Numbered from the stretch's first letter, positions 48,758 through 63,738 are shown. The stretch is 64,000 bases of DNA from the human T2T-CHM13v2.0 reference genome, Homo sapiens (GCF_009914755.1 NC_060940.1), one strand, 5' to 3'. Notes: generated by a model not told the origin, from the letters alone. Made by a program: numbers and translations.

Positions 48758-49065
48758 CTATAAAATGTTATACACAGATACATTCATGAGAAAATTTATC
48801 ACTATGAATTTTATATACCTATACAGGTTTGTCTTCACCCATAAATATTTCAGTGAAACAAAAGTAATAACAAAAAGAAAAAGAAAAAGAATTTCAGGGA
48901 ATTGAGGAATTGAAGTAGTTTTAGGAAAAAGTTGGTAGTATAAAGAAAGACAGAAAAAAATTGTGGAAAAGAAATGAATATTATGTTTGGATCTATATAG
49001 TTCAGTGGTTTTTCTACTGAAAATACTTAATATACACTGTTTTTCAGAGATATTCACTAACTTAC

Positions 49066-49186
49066 CACCTCGAACATTTCTGAATCAAAATTAAATGTTT
49101 TCATTATTTGTGTGCTCTTGTGGAGCACTCTCAATAATACCCATACCATTTTGTCTTTTTCCATTTGCTGGCTCTGTTGCTTTCTC
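49066..49186 (-). pseudogene. ANKRD26-like exon, 121 bp, with premature stops
   Basis: tttaatag|GAGAAAGCA...GGTG|gtaagt; in-frame TAA at 49091-49093 and TGA at 49085-49087; phase 0 to 1. Confidence 0.88.
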
Positions 49187-50479
49187 CTATTAAAAAGAAA
49201 AGAACAGCAACTTCAGAAAACATTGTATTTACTCACTCACCCACTCTGTCAGTAAGACAAAAAAAATGTGCTGTTTATCAAATCATAAGCAGTATTTGGG
49301 GAGAAGCTAAAAATATAAATAAAAGTCAGATCCTGCCTTATATTTCAGTGAGGGTAGAGATATATAAAAGGTAATAAAAACAGAAAAGTGTAATCCATGA
49401 GTTCTACAACTAAAGTGAATAAAGTAAGTACAGGCACAAGGAAGAGAACAATCAGTTCTACTTGGGAAGCTCAGGAAATGCTGCAAAGATAGAGCCATAT
49501 TTTGAAACATAGACCAAGTACACAGTGAGGGTAGGAAGGGTTTCTAGACAGAGAAGCATGCTCAAAAGAAGCATGCATGAAATGACAGGGCAAATGAAGG
49601 GTACCAAAATAATGCAGTAAAAGTGGAACATAGTCAGAGGGAATGGAATGGAGAGATAAAATGGGAGAATCAGGCCAAACCACAAGATATGGGCCACACT
49701 AGAGTGTGAACTTACCCCATCATGCAATGGGGAACAATTCAAAAGCAGATGAGTTATATATCATTATAAATATATTTTATAAAAGTCACCTTGGCAGCAA
49801 CAAAAAGATAGAGATGAACATGGTGTGGGGAAGATTAAGAGTATTTCAAAATTATGAGTCAGAGAGTGAATTATGATAATGAGATATAAAAAATGCTTAG
49901 CAGGTAGAAAATATAGAATTTGCAAGGGACTGAACTGATGATTTGAGAAAGGGCTGAAAGGTAGAAATTTTCCTGCTTCATTGTTTCAGTGCTACTTACT
50001 AGGTGTTATTTCCTAGGATGATGAAACCAGATGACAGAGTAGATTACAAAACATCAGGAAAGGGTCAAGGACAATGTCTTCAGTGTGGGACATAACAAAT
50101 TTGAGGCACCCAGAAAGCAAGAGTGGATGACCTTACTCAGGAAAAGCACACAATGTGAAGAAGAGGAATATTTTTAAATTATACTAAACTCAGAATTAAA
50201 TCATGCAAAACTATACACTTTTCTGAAATTTTGAAAATGAAAACAAGAGGAGAAAAAATCTTGAGATTCAAAATTTCTATTATATATTTCAACATTTGTT
50301 TCAAGGATATACAATATATTTTACTAATATACACAAATATTTATTTCTGAAATATTATGGTAATATGCATTTTAAATTGAATGAAAAGATGTAATTCTAA
50401 AACATCAACTCAAGATGCTGCTCAAGCAGGACCCCATATTCACATGAGGAGAGAAAATGGGTACTAAAAAATCAAGTCA

Positions 50480-50603
50480 GGCCAGGCACGGTGGCTCACT
50501 CCTGTAATCCCAACACTTATGGAGGCAGAGGTGAGAGGATAGCTTGAGTCCAGGTGTTTGAGACCTCCCTGGGCAATATAGTAAGACCCCATTCTCCACA
50601 CAC
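50480..50603 (+). pseudogene. BC200 (BCYRN1) RNA retropseudogene, Alu domain only
   Basis: BC200-type positions GGATAGCTTGAG, GAGACCT-CCTGGGCAATATAG and CCCC-TTCTCCA; perfect TSD aaaaatcaagtca (50467-50479 / 50604-50616). Confidence 0.8.
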
Positions 50604-52301
50604 AAAAATCAAGTCAGCAGAATTCCTGAGTTTTAGAGATGCAAGAATTTATGTATAAGGTTTAACAACTATGAATACTAAAGTTAATAAAGCTTCCTGA
50701 CAATAACATAAAATGTCTTTATTGCCAGAGATATTTTTAAAATTAGAAAATCATCTTCTAGAGATAACTGTTCATACTTTCTTGGAAATCTTAACTTTCT
50801 TATAATCCTATGATAACAGGTAGTTTATTTTAGAAAATCATAAATTTTGATTGCATTTTGATGTGTGCATGTGTGTTGATTATATACCAATATTATTAGA
50901 AATCAGGATACCTCCAGAAATAATTTCTGAATTTATCTCATTTACTTTAATATTTTTATTTATTTTTGTGGGTACCTAATAGGTACATTATGCAATATCA
51001 ATACATATTTATAAGATACATGAGATGTTTTGATATAGGCATGCAATGTGAAATAAGCACATCATGGAGAATGGAGTAACCATCCTCTCAAGCATTTATC
51101 CTGTGAGTTATAGGCAATCCAATTACATTCTTTAAGTTATTTAAAAATATACAATTATTATTGACTATACTCACCTTATTATGCTAACAATAGTAGGTCA
51201 TATTCATCCTTTCTATTTTTTGTACCCATTAACCATCCCCAACTCCTGCCAAACCCCACTACCCTTCCCAGCCTCTGGTAACCATCCTTCTACTCTATGC
51301 CCAAAAGTTCAATTGTTTTGATTTTTAGAACCCAGAAACAAATGAAAACATGCAATGTTTGTCATTCTGTGTCAGGCTTATTCGACTTAACGATCTCCAG
51401 TTCCATCCACGATGTTGCAAATGATTGGATCTCATTCTTTTTATGGCTAAATAGTACTCCATTGTATATCTGTACCATATTTTCTTTATCCATTCATCTG
51501 TTGATGGAACCTTAGGTTGCTTCCAAATCTTAGCTATTGTAAATGGTGCTGCAACAAACATAGGAGTGTAGTTATTTCTTTGATATATTGATTCCCTTTC
51601 TTTTGGATATATACACAGCAGTGGGATTGCTGGATCATATTGTAGCTCAATTTTTAGTTTTTTTAGGCATATCTGAACTGTTCTCCATAGTGGTTGTACT
51701 AATTTACATTCCCATCCATAGTGCACAAGGGTTCCCTTTTCTTCACATCCTCACCAGCATTTGTTGTTGCCTGTCTTTAGGATATAAGCCATTTGAGCTG
51801 AGGCGAGATAATATCTCATTGCAGTTTTGATTTGCATTTCTCTGATGATCAATGATGTTGAGTACCTTTTAATATGCCTGTTTTCCATTTGTGTGTCTTC
51901 CTTTGAGAAATGTCTGTTCAAATCTTTTGCCCATTTTTTGATTGGATTATTAGATATTTTTTCTATAGAGTTGTTTGAGCTTCTTACATATTCTGGTTAT
52001 TAATCCCTTGTCAGATGGGTAGTTTGCAAACATTTTCTCCCATTCTGTGGATTGTCTCTTCATTTTGTTGACTGTATCCTTTGCTGTGCAGAAGTTGTTT
52101 AACTTGATGTGATCTCATTTGTCCATTTTTGCTTTTGTTGCCTGTGCTTGTGGAGTATTGCTCAAGAAATTTTTACTTAGACTATTGTCCTAGAGATTTC
52201 CCCAAAGTTTTCTTATACCAGTTTCATAGTTTGAGGTCTTAGATTTAAGTCTTTAATCCATTTTTATTTGGCTTTTGTATATGGTGAGAGATAGGGGTCT
52301 A

Positions 52302-52628
52302 GGCGAGATGCGGTGGCTCCCGCCTATAATCCCAGCACTTTGGGAGGCTGAGGTGGGCGGATTACCTGAGGTCAGGAGTTTGAGACCAGCCTGGCCAACA
52401 TGGTGAAACCCCTTCTCTACTAAAAATAGAAAAATTAGCCAGGCATAGTGGTGGGTGCCTGTAATCCCAGCTACTTGGGAGGCTGAGGCAAGAGAATCAC
52501 TTGAACCCGGGAGGCAGAGTTGCAGTGAGCCAAGATCGTGCCACTGCACTCCAGCCTGGGTGACAGATTCAGACTCCATCTCAAAAACAAACAAACAAAA
52601 CAAAACAAAAAACCAAACAAACAAAAAA
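52302..52628 (+). mobile_element. Alu (AluS-type) nested in L1
   Basis: Dimer with (aaac)n tail; TSD ataggggtcta / atagtggtcta. Confidence 0.93.
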
Positions 52629-54100
52629 AAACATAGTGGTCTAGTTTCATTCTTCTGCATACAGATACCCAGTTTTCCCAGCACCATTTATTGAAGAGAC
52701 TGTCTTTTCCCCCAGGGTATGTTCTTGGTGCCTTTTTCAAGTATATGTTCACTATTGGTATGTGGCTTTGTTTCTGCGTTCTCTATTCTGTTGCATTTGT
52801 CTGCTTTTATGACAATACCATGTGTCTGCTTTTATGACAGTACCATGATGTTTTGATTATTACAGCTTTGTAGTATAATTTAAAGTCAGGTAATGTGATT
52901 TCTCCAGATTTCTTATTTTTGCATAGGATAGCTTTGTCTACTCTGGGTCTTTTGTGGTCCCATATAAATTTTAGGACAGTTTTTTCTATTTCCATGAGGA
53001 ATGTAATTGATATTTTGATGAGAATTGCATTGAATCTGTAGATTCTTTGAGGTAGTATGAAACTTTTAACAATATTGATTCTTCCAATTCATGAACATAG
53101 AATATTTTCCATTTTTTGGTGTTCTATTCCATTTCTTTACCAATGTTTTATGGTTTTCATTGTAGAGATATTTCACTTCTTGAGTTAAGTTAGTTCCTAG
53201 GTATTTAATTTTACATGTAGCTGTTGTAAATAAGATTACTTTCTTATTTCTTTTTCATATTGTTCACTGTTGGCATCTAGAAATGCTACCAATTTTTGTG
53301 TGTTAATCTTGTATCTTGCAACTTTACTGAATTCATTTATCAGTTCTAATAGTTTACTTGTGGAGTCTTTAGGTTTTGTCACATATAAGATCATATCATC
53401 TATAAACAAGGATAATCTGACTTTCTCCTTTCCAATTGGATGTCTCTTATATCTTTCTCTTGTCTGATTGTGCTGGCTAGAACTTCCAGTACTATTTTGA
53501 ATAACAGTGATGACAGTGAGCATTCTTGTCGGTTCCACATCTTAAAGGAAACCCAAATTTGGGTTCCCCGTTCAGTACAATACTAGCTGTGGGTCTGTCA
53601 TACATGGCTTTTATTGTTGAGATATGCTCCTTCCATATCCAGTTGAGGGTTTTTATCTTGAAGGGATGTTGAATTTTATCAAATGCTTCTTTGGCATCAA
53701 TTAAAATTATCATATGCTTTTTATCCTTCATGCTGTTGATATGATGTGTCATGCTGATTGATTTGCATATGTTGAACCATCCTTGCATCTCAGGGATGAA
53801 TCCCACTTGGTTGTGATAAATGATCTTTCTAATATATTGTTGAATTCACTTTGAAAATATTCCATTGAGGATTTTTGCACTTTAAATATGTCATGCCACT
53901 CTCTTACATGCCTCCTTACATGCCTGTAAGGAGGTTTCCACTGAAAAATCAGATTCCAGATGCATTGCGGCTCCATTGTCTGTTGTTTCTTTTCTCTTCC
54001 TGCTTTTAGAATCCTTTCTTTATCCTTGACCTTTGGCAGTTTGATTAACAAATGCTCTGAGGTAGTCTTCTTTGGGTTAAATCTGCTTGATGTTCTATGA

Positions 54101-54523
<423 letters not shown>

Positions 54524-57500
54524 TAAGACTGGCTCTAATAAAGATGAACATTAGTGGTTTATTAGGGATATGGGCAAATCTGTCAAATTGCCACATCTCT
54601 GACAGCTGCTGTGTGAGGCTCATGAGTAGTGACTACTGAGTGGCCAGGACAGCAACAGGTGCTGCAGGAACAGGTGCTTCCTCACTGGTCACTGTATCTT
54701 GAAAACCCATGGCCCATGTCCCAAGGCATGGAAAGAGTTGGGGGGAGCCTCCCCACAGAAGCCACCATCACCTCAGGCCATGAGAAGTATTGCTAGACTA
54801 CGGTCTATGTTCTCTTAAGGCCCAAGGTCTCTCAAGTCAGCTTGTCATAAATGCTGCCTGGCCTGGGACTCACCCTTCAAGGCTGTGGGCTCCCCTCTGG
54901 ACCAGAGCATGTCCAAAAATGCCATCCAAGAGTCAAGTCTTAGAATCAGGGACCTTCAAGAGCCCACTTGGTGCTCTACTCCCCACCCCCATGGCCGTGC
55001 TGGTGCCTAAGGTGCAAGACAAAGTCCCCTTTATTTTTCCTTCTGCTTTTCTTAAGCAGAAAATATTTTGCCCTATAGCCACCACAGCTGGTTATATGCT
55101 GAGTCTCACCTCAGGCCAGCAAGTCACAGAGGCTCACCCAAGGCCTTTGATGTAGTACCTGGGTGTCACCGTTGTTTATTAAGGGCCTAAGGGCCCTTCA
55201 GTCAGCAGGTGAGGAATACTGCCAGTCCAGGACTGGGTCCTTTCCTTCAAGGCAGCGGGTTCCCTTCTGGCCCAGGGTGTGTCTAGAAATGTCATCAGAG
55301 AGCCAGGGCCTGGAATGGGGGCTCCCAACTCTGACCAGTGCCCTATCTTGCTGCTGTGGCTCAGCTGGTATCTTAGATGTAAAACAAAGTGCTCCCCGCT
55401 CTGTCTTCTCCTCTCCTCGGACAGAAGGAAGGGGCCTTTATCGGAGCTGTGAGCTGTGCAGCCTGAGGTTAGGGGAGGGTTGATGCCAACACTCCCTTGG
55501 CTACCCCAGCTGGTATCTCAATATGGCATATCTTCCCCACCCAGCTTGTTGTCTCTTGGCCTAGCTCAGCACTAGGACTCATCTGTGAGTCGCAGTCCTT
55601 ATGGCCTAGACTGTCTTTTGACATTACTTGGAGACACAGGGTGCTGTAGCCCTCAGTGGCAAGGTTTACAGGCACTTAAATTCAGACCACTGGGACTGGT
55701 GATTTTCCTCTGGCTAGGGCTGGTTTAAATACTCCCTCCATGGGTGGACATCAGCTGAGTTTGGTCTAATTTTCCTTTTTGCTCTAACAGAACAGCACTG
55801 AGTTCACAGCCTCACACTTGCTGTGTTCTCCCTCCCCCAGCACTCAGAGACACTCTCCACACTACGTCAGGCTGCTAGGGATGGGGGAGGGGTGATGTCA
55901 GCCATTCAGGACTTTAAAAAATCTCTTCAGTGCCTCTTTCAGTGACATTAAGTTAAAACTAGGTACTGTGAGTGTTCACCTTACTTTTGGTTATTATGAA
56001 GTTGTTTTTTCCTGTGTAGATAGTTGTTAACTTGGTGTTCTTGTGGTGGTGGGGAACAGTGGAATTTCTATTTCTCCACCTTCTTCCCTGAATTTATTTA
56101 AGAGGATTTTACCTTGAAATTTATTTTCTCACCGAATGGATAAAATTAAGAACCTCCTTTATAAACCAGAAATTTTAACTAACGAAAAGATTAAATATAA
56201 TGTATTTATTTATTTTCTTTATTCTCAGAAACATCTAAAATGGCTCTCAAGATTATATGAAAGAGTAAGATAAATTAGTTAAGTCATGGATATGCCAAAC
56301 ACTAAGTTAGAAAACTTAAACAAGAAGCAAGAGTCAAAAATTAAGAATTCATAGTAAATCTGATAAGGCCTAAAACAGATTTCACTGTGCATTATTTATA
56401 AACAAGGTTTTACTAGATCAAATATATGATATAACTTTGCTAAATTCAAAGATGTGAGGATATAAATTTCCTTTTTAAAAACTGATACATAATAGATGTG
56501 CATATTTTTGAAGTAAATGTGATAATTTGATACATTCATATAATCAAATCAGGGTAATTGGGGTACCCATCACCTTAGTTTTCTTTCAAATGTATAGTAG
56601 ATTAATGTTAACTATAGTCACCCTTATATTTTCTTTCAGTTCTTCATAAAAATCAGCTATAAGACATTCAGAGGAATCTCAGCAATTTTTTTTATTACCT
56701 GTCTTTCTTTTCTTAATTTGCATTTAAAATAAGTTCTATCATATTTTATAATGTAAAGAGTTCCTGTGCTCATTAAATCCCACAGTTTCTGATGTGTTTT
56801 TACAATAATCTGACAACTTGACTCTGTTACTCAATCTTTACATTTATCTTGCCTCTCTTTAATAAATTCTTTCCCTTCATCCCCCTCTTTAGCTCCATAT
56901 TCGTTAAGCTGCTGTGGTGGGTTGCTTTCTAATTCTTTAGCATAAGTTATTTCTGTTCTGTTTCTCAAAAAGCTAAGGACAAATCATTGTATCAATTCAG
57001 CTCCTTCCAAGAAACAGAGAAAAAAAGAATAAATCTTGTAGGGCAATGATAGATGAATAAAAGTCTCACATAGCTACTACGTAGAAAGCTACACTAAGTA
57101 TGCTGGCAGTAAAGACACATGGATTGAAAGAAGAGACGTTGTAGAGAATGTGTTCTAGGAGGAAAAACATAGGTTGGGATAAATCACTTTTAAAAGATTG
57201 GGAAGGAGGGAGAAAGAAAGAAACAAACAAACAAAAAGACATAACTTGACCAGTCAATCAAGTTTGAGCTTGAAAGAAAGCCAAGGAATAAAGCCAAAGC
57301 CAAGGAAAAGGAGAAAAACATCACATACAGTAAGGTACATGGAGAAATATACACGTAGAGACTTTGGTTCATAGTATATTTCCAATAATACTGAGTAGTA
57401 TTTATAACTAGCTTTTGGTAAACATTTCTGTGATATAGAATTGAATTGTATACTGTAAAACGAGACATTCAATTAGTTAAATATGGTCATATACCACTAC

Positions 57501-58323
57501 CTAAAAGCTGGAACATTACTACCTCAGAGAGAGAAAAATGGAAAAAGAAATATTCCATTAACTTTCTACTTGGAGGAAAAATACTAATCAGAATTCTAAG
57601 CAGTAATATATGGATTGAAAACATATATTTAGCAGAACATGGGTTGGGGCTTTTAAAAGTTTAAATATTTTAAATCTAAAATATTAATTTATGCTTATAG
57701 TTGGAAGACACTAGAAAAGATATTAACACTTTAACCCTATTTCCTATTGATGATCTATTTCTAATTTATTTTCTTATTTATGACACACTTTTTCAATATA
57801 ACTCATCTGAATTTATACATCCTAAATATTAAAAGGGAATATAAATTTAGGCTATATCTTATAAATGAATGGATTTATTTATTAGATATGTTACGCATAT
57901 TATATTATTGCTAACATTCCATTGTATAGAAATGCATTTGTCTTTTCATTCGTAGTACTCCAGGATACAAAAAAAAAAAAAATTCCCTAACCTCCAGTAG
58001 CTCATAGTAATAAAGGAGTTTTTAAATGATTACTAAATAAATACAAAAACTTCTGAAATTTGAAATTTTAGCATGTGATGTAAGGATTTAGTTTGGATAT
58101 TTTTAAGAACTACAATACAAATAATTCTGAAATTAAGTCCCACCATATGGTTATTAAGAGTCTTTGCTTCTAGAACTGGTTGTTATTTTGGACAAAGCAA
58201 CTATTCTTCAATTAGGTGAAGAGTTTTAAATGTAGTCTTAATGAAATGACATAGAAAACACAGTGGAATCTCATTGTAATAAAGATTTTGAGAAACAAAA
58301 TGTAAATTTCTGAATTTCCACAA

Positions 58324-58453
58324 TTTTTTTAAAAATCAGAGGCAGGTTCTTGCTATGTTGCCCAGGCTGGTCTCAGACTCCTGGGTTCAAGCAATTCTGC
58401 CACCTCAGCCTCCTGAACAGCTTGGACTGCAGGCATGCACCACCATATCCAGC
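58324..58453 (-). mobile_element. Free Alu monomer (FLAM/FRAM-like)
   Basis: Single monomer with TSD-like cacaattt flanks. Confidence 0.78.
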
Positions 58454-59060
58454 TAAATTTTCACAATTTCTAATATTATTTTAGTCTAGTTACATAACCA
58501 AGGATAGAAATAGGAAAAAATCTCACACCTAAAAACTATATATATCATACTAAAATAATGTGTCTAAGAAAGAAAAGTATATGCTATCTGCTGTACAGTT
58601 TTTGAACCAAAAGGCATCAAGGAGATTCCATGATTACTATAATAAGTAATTAGATCCATTAAAGACTTATTTAGGCATAAGTATTATAAAAGCCATCTTG
58701 GTATAATTTAAAAGTCACACACAGTAAGAATACTTATTCAAATCAACCTTGACCAAATTTCAAACTTGCTCTATTATGAGAAAGCTTTGCCTAATATAAT
58801 TTTCCTGTCACTATGTATTTTCCAGCCCATTGTTTTTTCACCCTCACTCCCTCTACATATTTGCCAAGTCTTTGTTATTTATCAAAGTAAAAAATGTTTG
58901 AAAATGTTTAGTCATGTTTCTATAAAATGGTTTTCTCTAATGAACTTTCCATAACCAACATAATACGATTATAAGTAGATTACTACTAAATTTCAAGAGA
59001 AAATGTTACAGAAAATTAGATTCAGAATGAGAAAATTAATTTTGCAAGAGACGTCTTTAC

Positions 59061-59133
59061 CTCAGTATCAAAATCAAAGTCTTCATTAGCTGACATAGGT
59101 CGTGAGTCGTCAATAGATGGTTTGTTGAAAAGC
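59061..59133 (-). pseudogene. ANKRD26-like exon, 73 bp (LFNKPSIDDSRPMSANEDFDFDTE)
   Basis: tctaaag|G...GAG|gtaaag; phase 2 to 0; open. Confidence 0.85.
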
Positions 59134-61599
59134 CTTTAGAATAAAAATATACAACAAAAATGAGTGTGTTCATTTCTTTAAGCAATTTGAAGGTTCATAA
59201 CTGGGTGCCCTCCCAAAACAAAACAAAAAAAAAAAGTAAATCTTGTGGAAGGTCAGCTATCTGTATTTAAAATAATGTCTCTTAACATAATTAAAATTTG
59301 GCCTCTGTTGTGGGAAAGATCTTAATTACCTATTTCTACTTCCTCCTCTCCAAAGCTATGGAATAGTCCATGAAGACTCACCCTTAGTTCCATAACAAAT
59401 CATGACAGCTAATATATTGGTAGAGCCTAAGAATAATTGGGCTTCACAAATTATTTGTCCTGGAGGCAGAACTTAAAATCCAAGTAATGGCTGACATAAC
59501 TTTTGTTACCTGAACTGGAAGAAACCTGATAACTTAAAATAAAGTAAAAAGATCCACTGTCCCTTCTCCATGATCTATCTCTGGTTCAAAGACCAATCTG
59601 TGTCACTTGAAAATGGCAGTCCTGGTTCTTCTGCTTGGAAACCTCTTAAGGAGGCCCCCATTGCTTCCCTTTTCCTTAAAATAGTACAGAATCTTCCCTG
59701 ACACATCTAAAATACTTGAAAGCTAAATGTATGAATGTCAAAGGACAAATGTATATATTGTTATTAAAAATACTCTTCCCGGAGATACTAAAACTTAATT
59801 ATAAAATCTAATTATTTTCCCTAAATAGACTTTGCCAAATTCAGGGCCACATAAAGTACTAAGCTCTTAAAAACCTCCATAGGTACTCAGACACCAAAGG
59901 AGAGAGACTCCTGGAAAAACAGAGTCCTGGTAGTTGTATCTCTATTTCCCTGAGAACTATCTAAATATCTCCCTTCCTATGGGCTCCCACTTCCAGATCC
60001 CTCTTCTGCAGGGCTCTATGGCAGTCTCCAACCTTTAAATCTTCAGCCAATAAAAGCACAAATTCCTAAAAGAGTAAGCTCAAATGACCAAAAGACAGAG
60101 CTCTCAATTTTACTGCTGCTAGAAAACAAGCTAAATGGAATTTCAGTCGTCTTCCCCCGGCATAGGCATGTTATCAACTACCAAACTGAAGGTCCATGAC
60201 TGATTTGCCAGACAATCATGGAAATGGGAAGGACAATTGGTGAATTGGGAAAAGAGGCAGAGGTAAGAGGATACGTGCTCTGGGGCACAGATCTATATAG
60301 TTCAGGAAACTTCAGTCCTCTAGTAGTGGAGGGACTCTGAGCCATCCCTCTATAAGTTGGGGTGGAAGTAGATAATACTACAATTCAATCTGCTATAGAG
60401 ACTCTTCTCAGTGGCTCAAATTCTTTTAACATCTTTCAATAGAAACTTCGAAGTTGGGTCAGTCACTCTAATTAAACAAACAAAAGAGCAGCAACCTGTT
60501 CAAGACTCCCTTGAACCACCTACTTAAACATGCCTTTCTAGATAACTCCCAACATCCTGTATTCTTCATTACTATAATTTATCTTTATAAAACTTGTCAT
60601 AAACCCCAATATTCACTTCTCTTTTCTAAAAACCTTATTCCTATCCAATCCAGTGTTATTTCTCTTCAAACATGGCCTTACCCTATTAATTTAATTCTTC
60701 TCCTCTTCCATTGGGTTCCCCAGCTAATTCCCTTCCTAGGCTCATCCACTGTGTTCACTAGACCCACTTTCCCTTTCTATTATTAAAACACTTACTAACA
60801 GGATGATAAAGAAGGAAGAGTAATGGGCTTTGAAATGAGTTCAAATCTCATTTCTGCCACTTCCTATATCCAAATAAGTCATCTTAATCTCTTTGAGTTT
60901 CAGATATTCCATCTGAACAACCACTTCACCAGAATGTTAAACACAGGTTGAAGTACTAGAGGGTATTTTGATTAGTCACTAAGATTCCTTAAAATCCTGA
61001 AGTTGTGTGTGCTTTTGATTCTGTCTATATAAAAATGGGGAATACTTAGCTGGCAGAAATGGAAAAATAAAACAAAAGAAACACCACAGAAAGCAGAGAA
61101 GAAAGTTAACAACTAAAGTAAAGATTACAGAAAAGTAATGGAAGAAGAAAAAAGGACTCTTAAAAAAAAGCCCATGGAATTAGGCAGGGTAGTAGCCTAA
61201 AGGGAAAACTAAACTAAGGAGTCAACAAGTAGAGAAATCAATTAGAAATAGGCTCTATTTAGATGCTAAATATAACTAACATAATAAATAAATGTAACAT
61301 AAATAGCCTTCACTTACAATAAAATAATTCCTCTCTAGGATATGACTGGTCTTGTCTATGTAAAACCCATGGTCCTGTGGCCATAGCTAAGTGAGATCTA
61401 CCCTAAAATATGTGATGGTAAAAACAAGATACTGATTACCACTGAAATTGCCAAATACATTAAAACAAACTCAGACTAACCAGACTTCTAAGAAAAACTA
61501 TAAATGAGAGTTAACTAAATTTGACTTTCTGAATTGATCTGGTTTGGACCTGTGTCTTGATTCCAGTGTTGTACAGGTCTCTGCCAATCTATGCAGAGG

Positions 61600-61830
61600 G
61601 GCAAGAGAAGGGATTTGGGAGCCAGGCAGGCTGCCAGTCAAATCATGCGCCAGCGTTAACTATGGGGACATGGGGCAATTAATCAACCTCTCTGAACCAC
61701 AGTTAGCTAATTAGGAAAAAGTAGGTTATAATAACAGAGAACCTTTCAAAGCTGCTGTGATAACTATATGAGATGAGACAAGCACATAAAATAGTGTCTA
61801 CCCCAGAGTACAACACTCAACAGATGTTAG
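61600..61830 (+). mobile_element. MIR-like fragment
   Basis: ggggcaattaatcaacctctctgaaccacagtt resembles the MIR core. Confidence 0.5.
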
Positions 61831-61889
61831 TTTCTTTTCTCTATATTCCCTCAGGTAACATATAATATTTTAAAATCTGTAAGTCGTAC

Positions 61890-61920
61890 CTTGTTACAGG
61901 ATTTCCAGGAATCTCATCCA
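61890..61920 (-). pseudogene. ANKRD26-like exon, 31 bp (DEIPGNPVT)
   Basis: ctttaatag|TGGATGAG...ACAAG|gtacga; phase 1 to 2; corresponds to ANKRD26 VDESSEDSLSR. Confidence 0.75.
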
Positions 61921-61985
61921 CTATTAAAGAAAAAAATGCATTTTAAGTCAACAATAGAAAAACACAGAATATTGAAAGTATAAGA

Positions 61986-62112
61986 GGGCCCAGTGACACA
62001 TGCATGTAATCCCAACTACTCAGGAGGCTGAGGCCAGAGGATCACTTGAGAAGCCCAGGAGTTTAAGACCAGCCTGGGCAACATAGTGAGACTCTGCCTT
62101 CATTAAAAAAAA
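61986..62112 (+). mobile_element. Free Alu monomer (FLAM-like)
   Basis: Single monomer plus A tail. Confidence 0.78.
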
Positions 62113-62467
62113 TCATGTACATTTTTGTGCATGCTTTAGATCTTTCTTTTTTTTCACAAAGTATTCCTTTAGGACCATACCTTGAGACTATACTAGAATT
62201 AATATTGATTATACTACTGGTAGGCAATTACTATATTAAGAATCCTTACTTCTCCTCCTTTGTATCAGTCAAAGCAAAAAAGAATGGGATTTGCCAAAAT
62301 GTGATACCTACAAATGAATTGCTGTGTACAATAATCATAATCCTAACCAAACCCTATCAGACTGACTAGCATCGCTAGCAAACTGAGTCAAACTTCAAGA
62401 ACATGCTTTCTGGACTAATGAACTAGTAGTAGTTAGAACAGAGTATACAGTAATGCTCCCATATCCA

Positions 62468-63324
62468 TGACATGGGTGAAAAAACACACTCAACATATTT
62501 TTCCTCTGCTCTCACACCACAGCAACAATCACCAACACAGAAGACATCTCTGACCAAATGTTGGTGGGCGAGGGGGATTTATCCCCACCAACAAGCAAGC
62601 AATCAGTTCAGCAGCAGACACCAGCTGAGTGTCCTCTAATTCCATTCCCACGTTGTCTAGCTAGAGATAGTGTCAGATCCCACAGCTGAAAGCTCAGTCC
62701 CCAAGGCTTCCCCCTCCCCAAACCAGTCACAAGCCTGGGCCTTCAGAACCTCTGACCAACTATCTTCAAGGTTCTCACAACCCCCACCTTGGATTGGATT
62801 AATTTGCTAGAGTAGTTCACAGAACTTAGGGAACCACTTACTTACATTTCCTGCTCATTGTAAAGGATATTAGAAAGGATGTAGATGAGGAAGTGCATAG
62901 GGCAAGGCATGGGAGAAGGGGTGCAGAGTTCCATACCCTCTGAGGGTACACCACCGTCCAGGAACCACCACATATTCAGCTATCTAGAAGTTCTCTGAAC
63001 CCAGTCCTTTTGGGTTTTTATAGAAGTTTCATTACACAGGCATGACTGATTAAATCAATCGTCATTGGTGATCAACTTAAACTTCGGCCCCCCTCCCTTC
63101 CCATGAGATTGGAAGGTTGGAGGACGGGGCTGGAAGTCCTAACCCTCTAATCATGCCTTGGTCTTTCTGGTGACCAGCCCCCATCCTGAAGCTCATTAGG
63201 GGGCTGCCAGCCATAATGAATCATTCACATACAAAGGGACATCACTTTGGGGATTCTAAGGATTTTAGGAGTTGTATGCCAAGAAAAGGGTTCAAAGATC
63301 GAATACATATTTCACAGTATCACA
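62468..63324 (-). mobile_element. MER21-type solo LTR
   Basis: TG...CA ends, MER21-like gacaccagctgagtgtcctctaattc; 4-bp TSD tcca / tctg. Confidence 0.8.
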
Positions 63325-63367
63325 TCTGTGGTTTTGCTTTCTGTGGTTTTAGTCACCCACGGTCACC

Positions 63368-63738
63368 TGATATAGTTTTGCTGTGTCCCCACCCAAATCT
63401 CATCGAGAATTGTAGTTCCCATAATCCCCATGTGTCGTGGGAGGGACCCTGTGGGAGGTAATTGAATCATGGGGGCAGTTATCTGCTGTTCTCATGAGAG
63501 TAAGTGAGTTCTCACAAGATCCGATCGTTCTATAAGGGGCTTTTTCTACCCTTTGCTCTGCACTTCTCCTTGCTCTTGCCATATGAAAGAGGATGTGTTT
63601 GCTTCCCCTTCCACCATGATTGTAAGTTTCCTGAAGCCTCCCCAGCCCTGCGGAACTGCGAGTCAATTAAACCCCTTTCTTTATAAATTATCCAGTCTTG
63701 GGTATGTCTTTATTAGCAGTGTGAGAAATGCTAATACA
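63368..63738 (+). mobile_element. THE1-type MaLR solo LTR
   Basis: TGATATAGTTTTGCTGTGTCCCCACCC...CTAATACA; perfect TSD tcacc (63363-63367 / 63739-63743). Confidence 0.92.

Noticed and set aside
52798-52847. 25-bp tandem duplication inside L1 ORF2
   Set aside because: Two copies only; ordinary slippage in a dead element.
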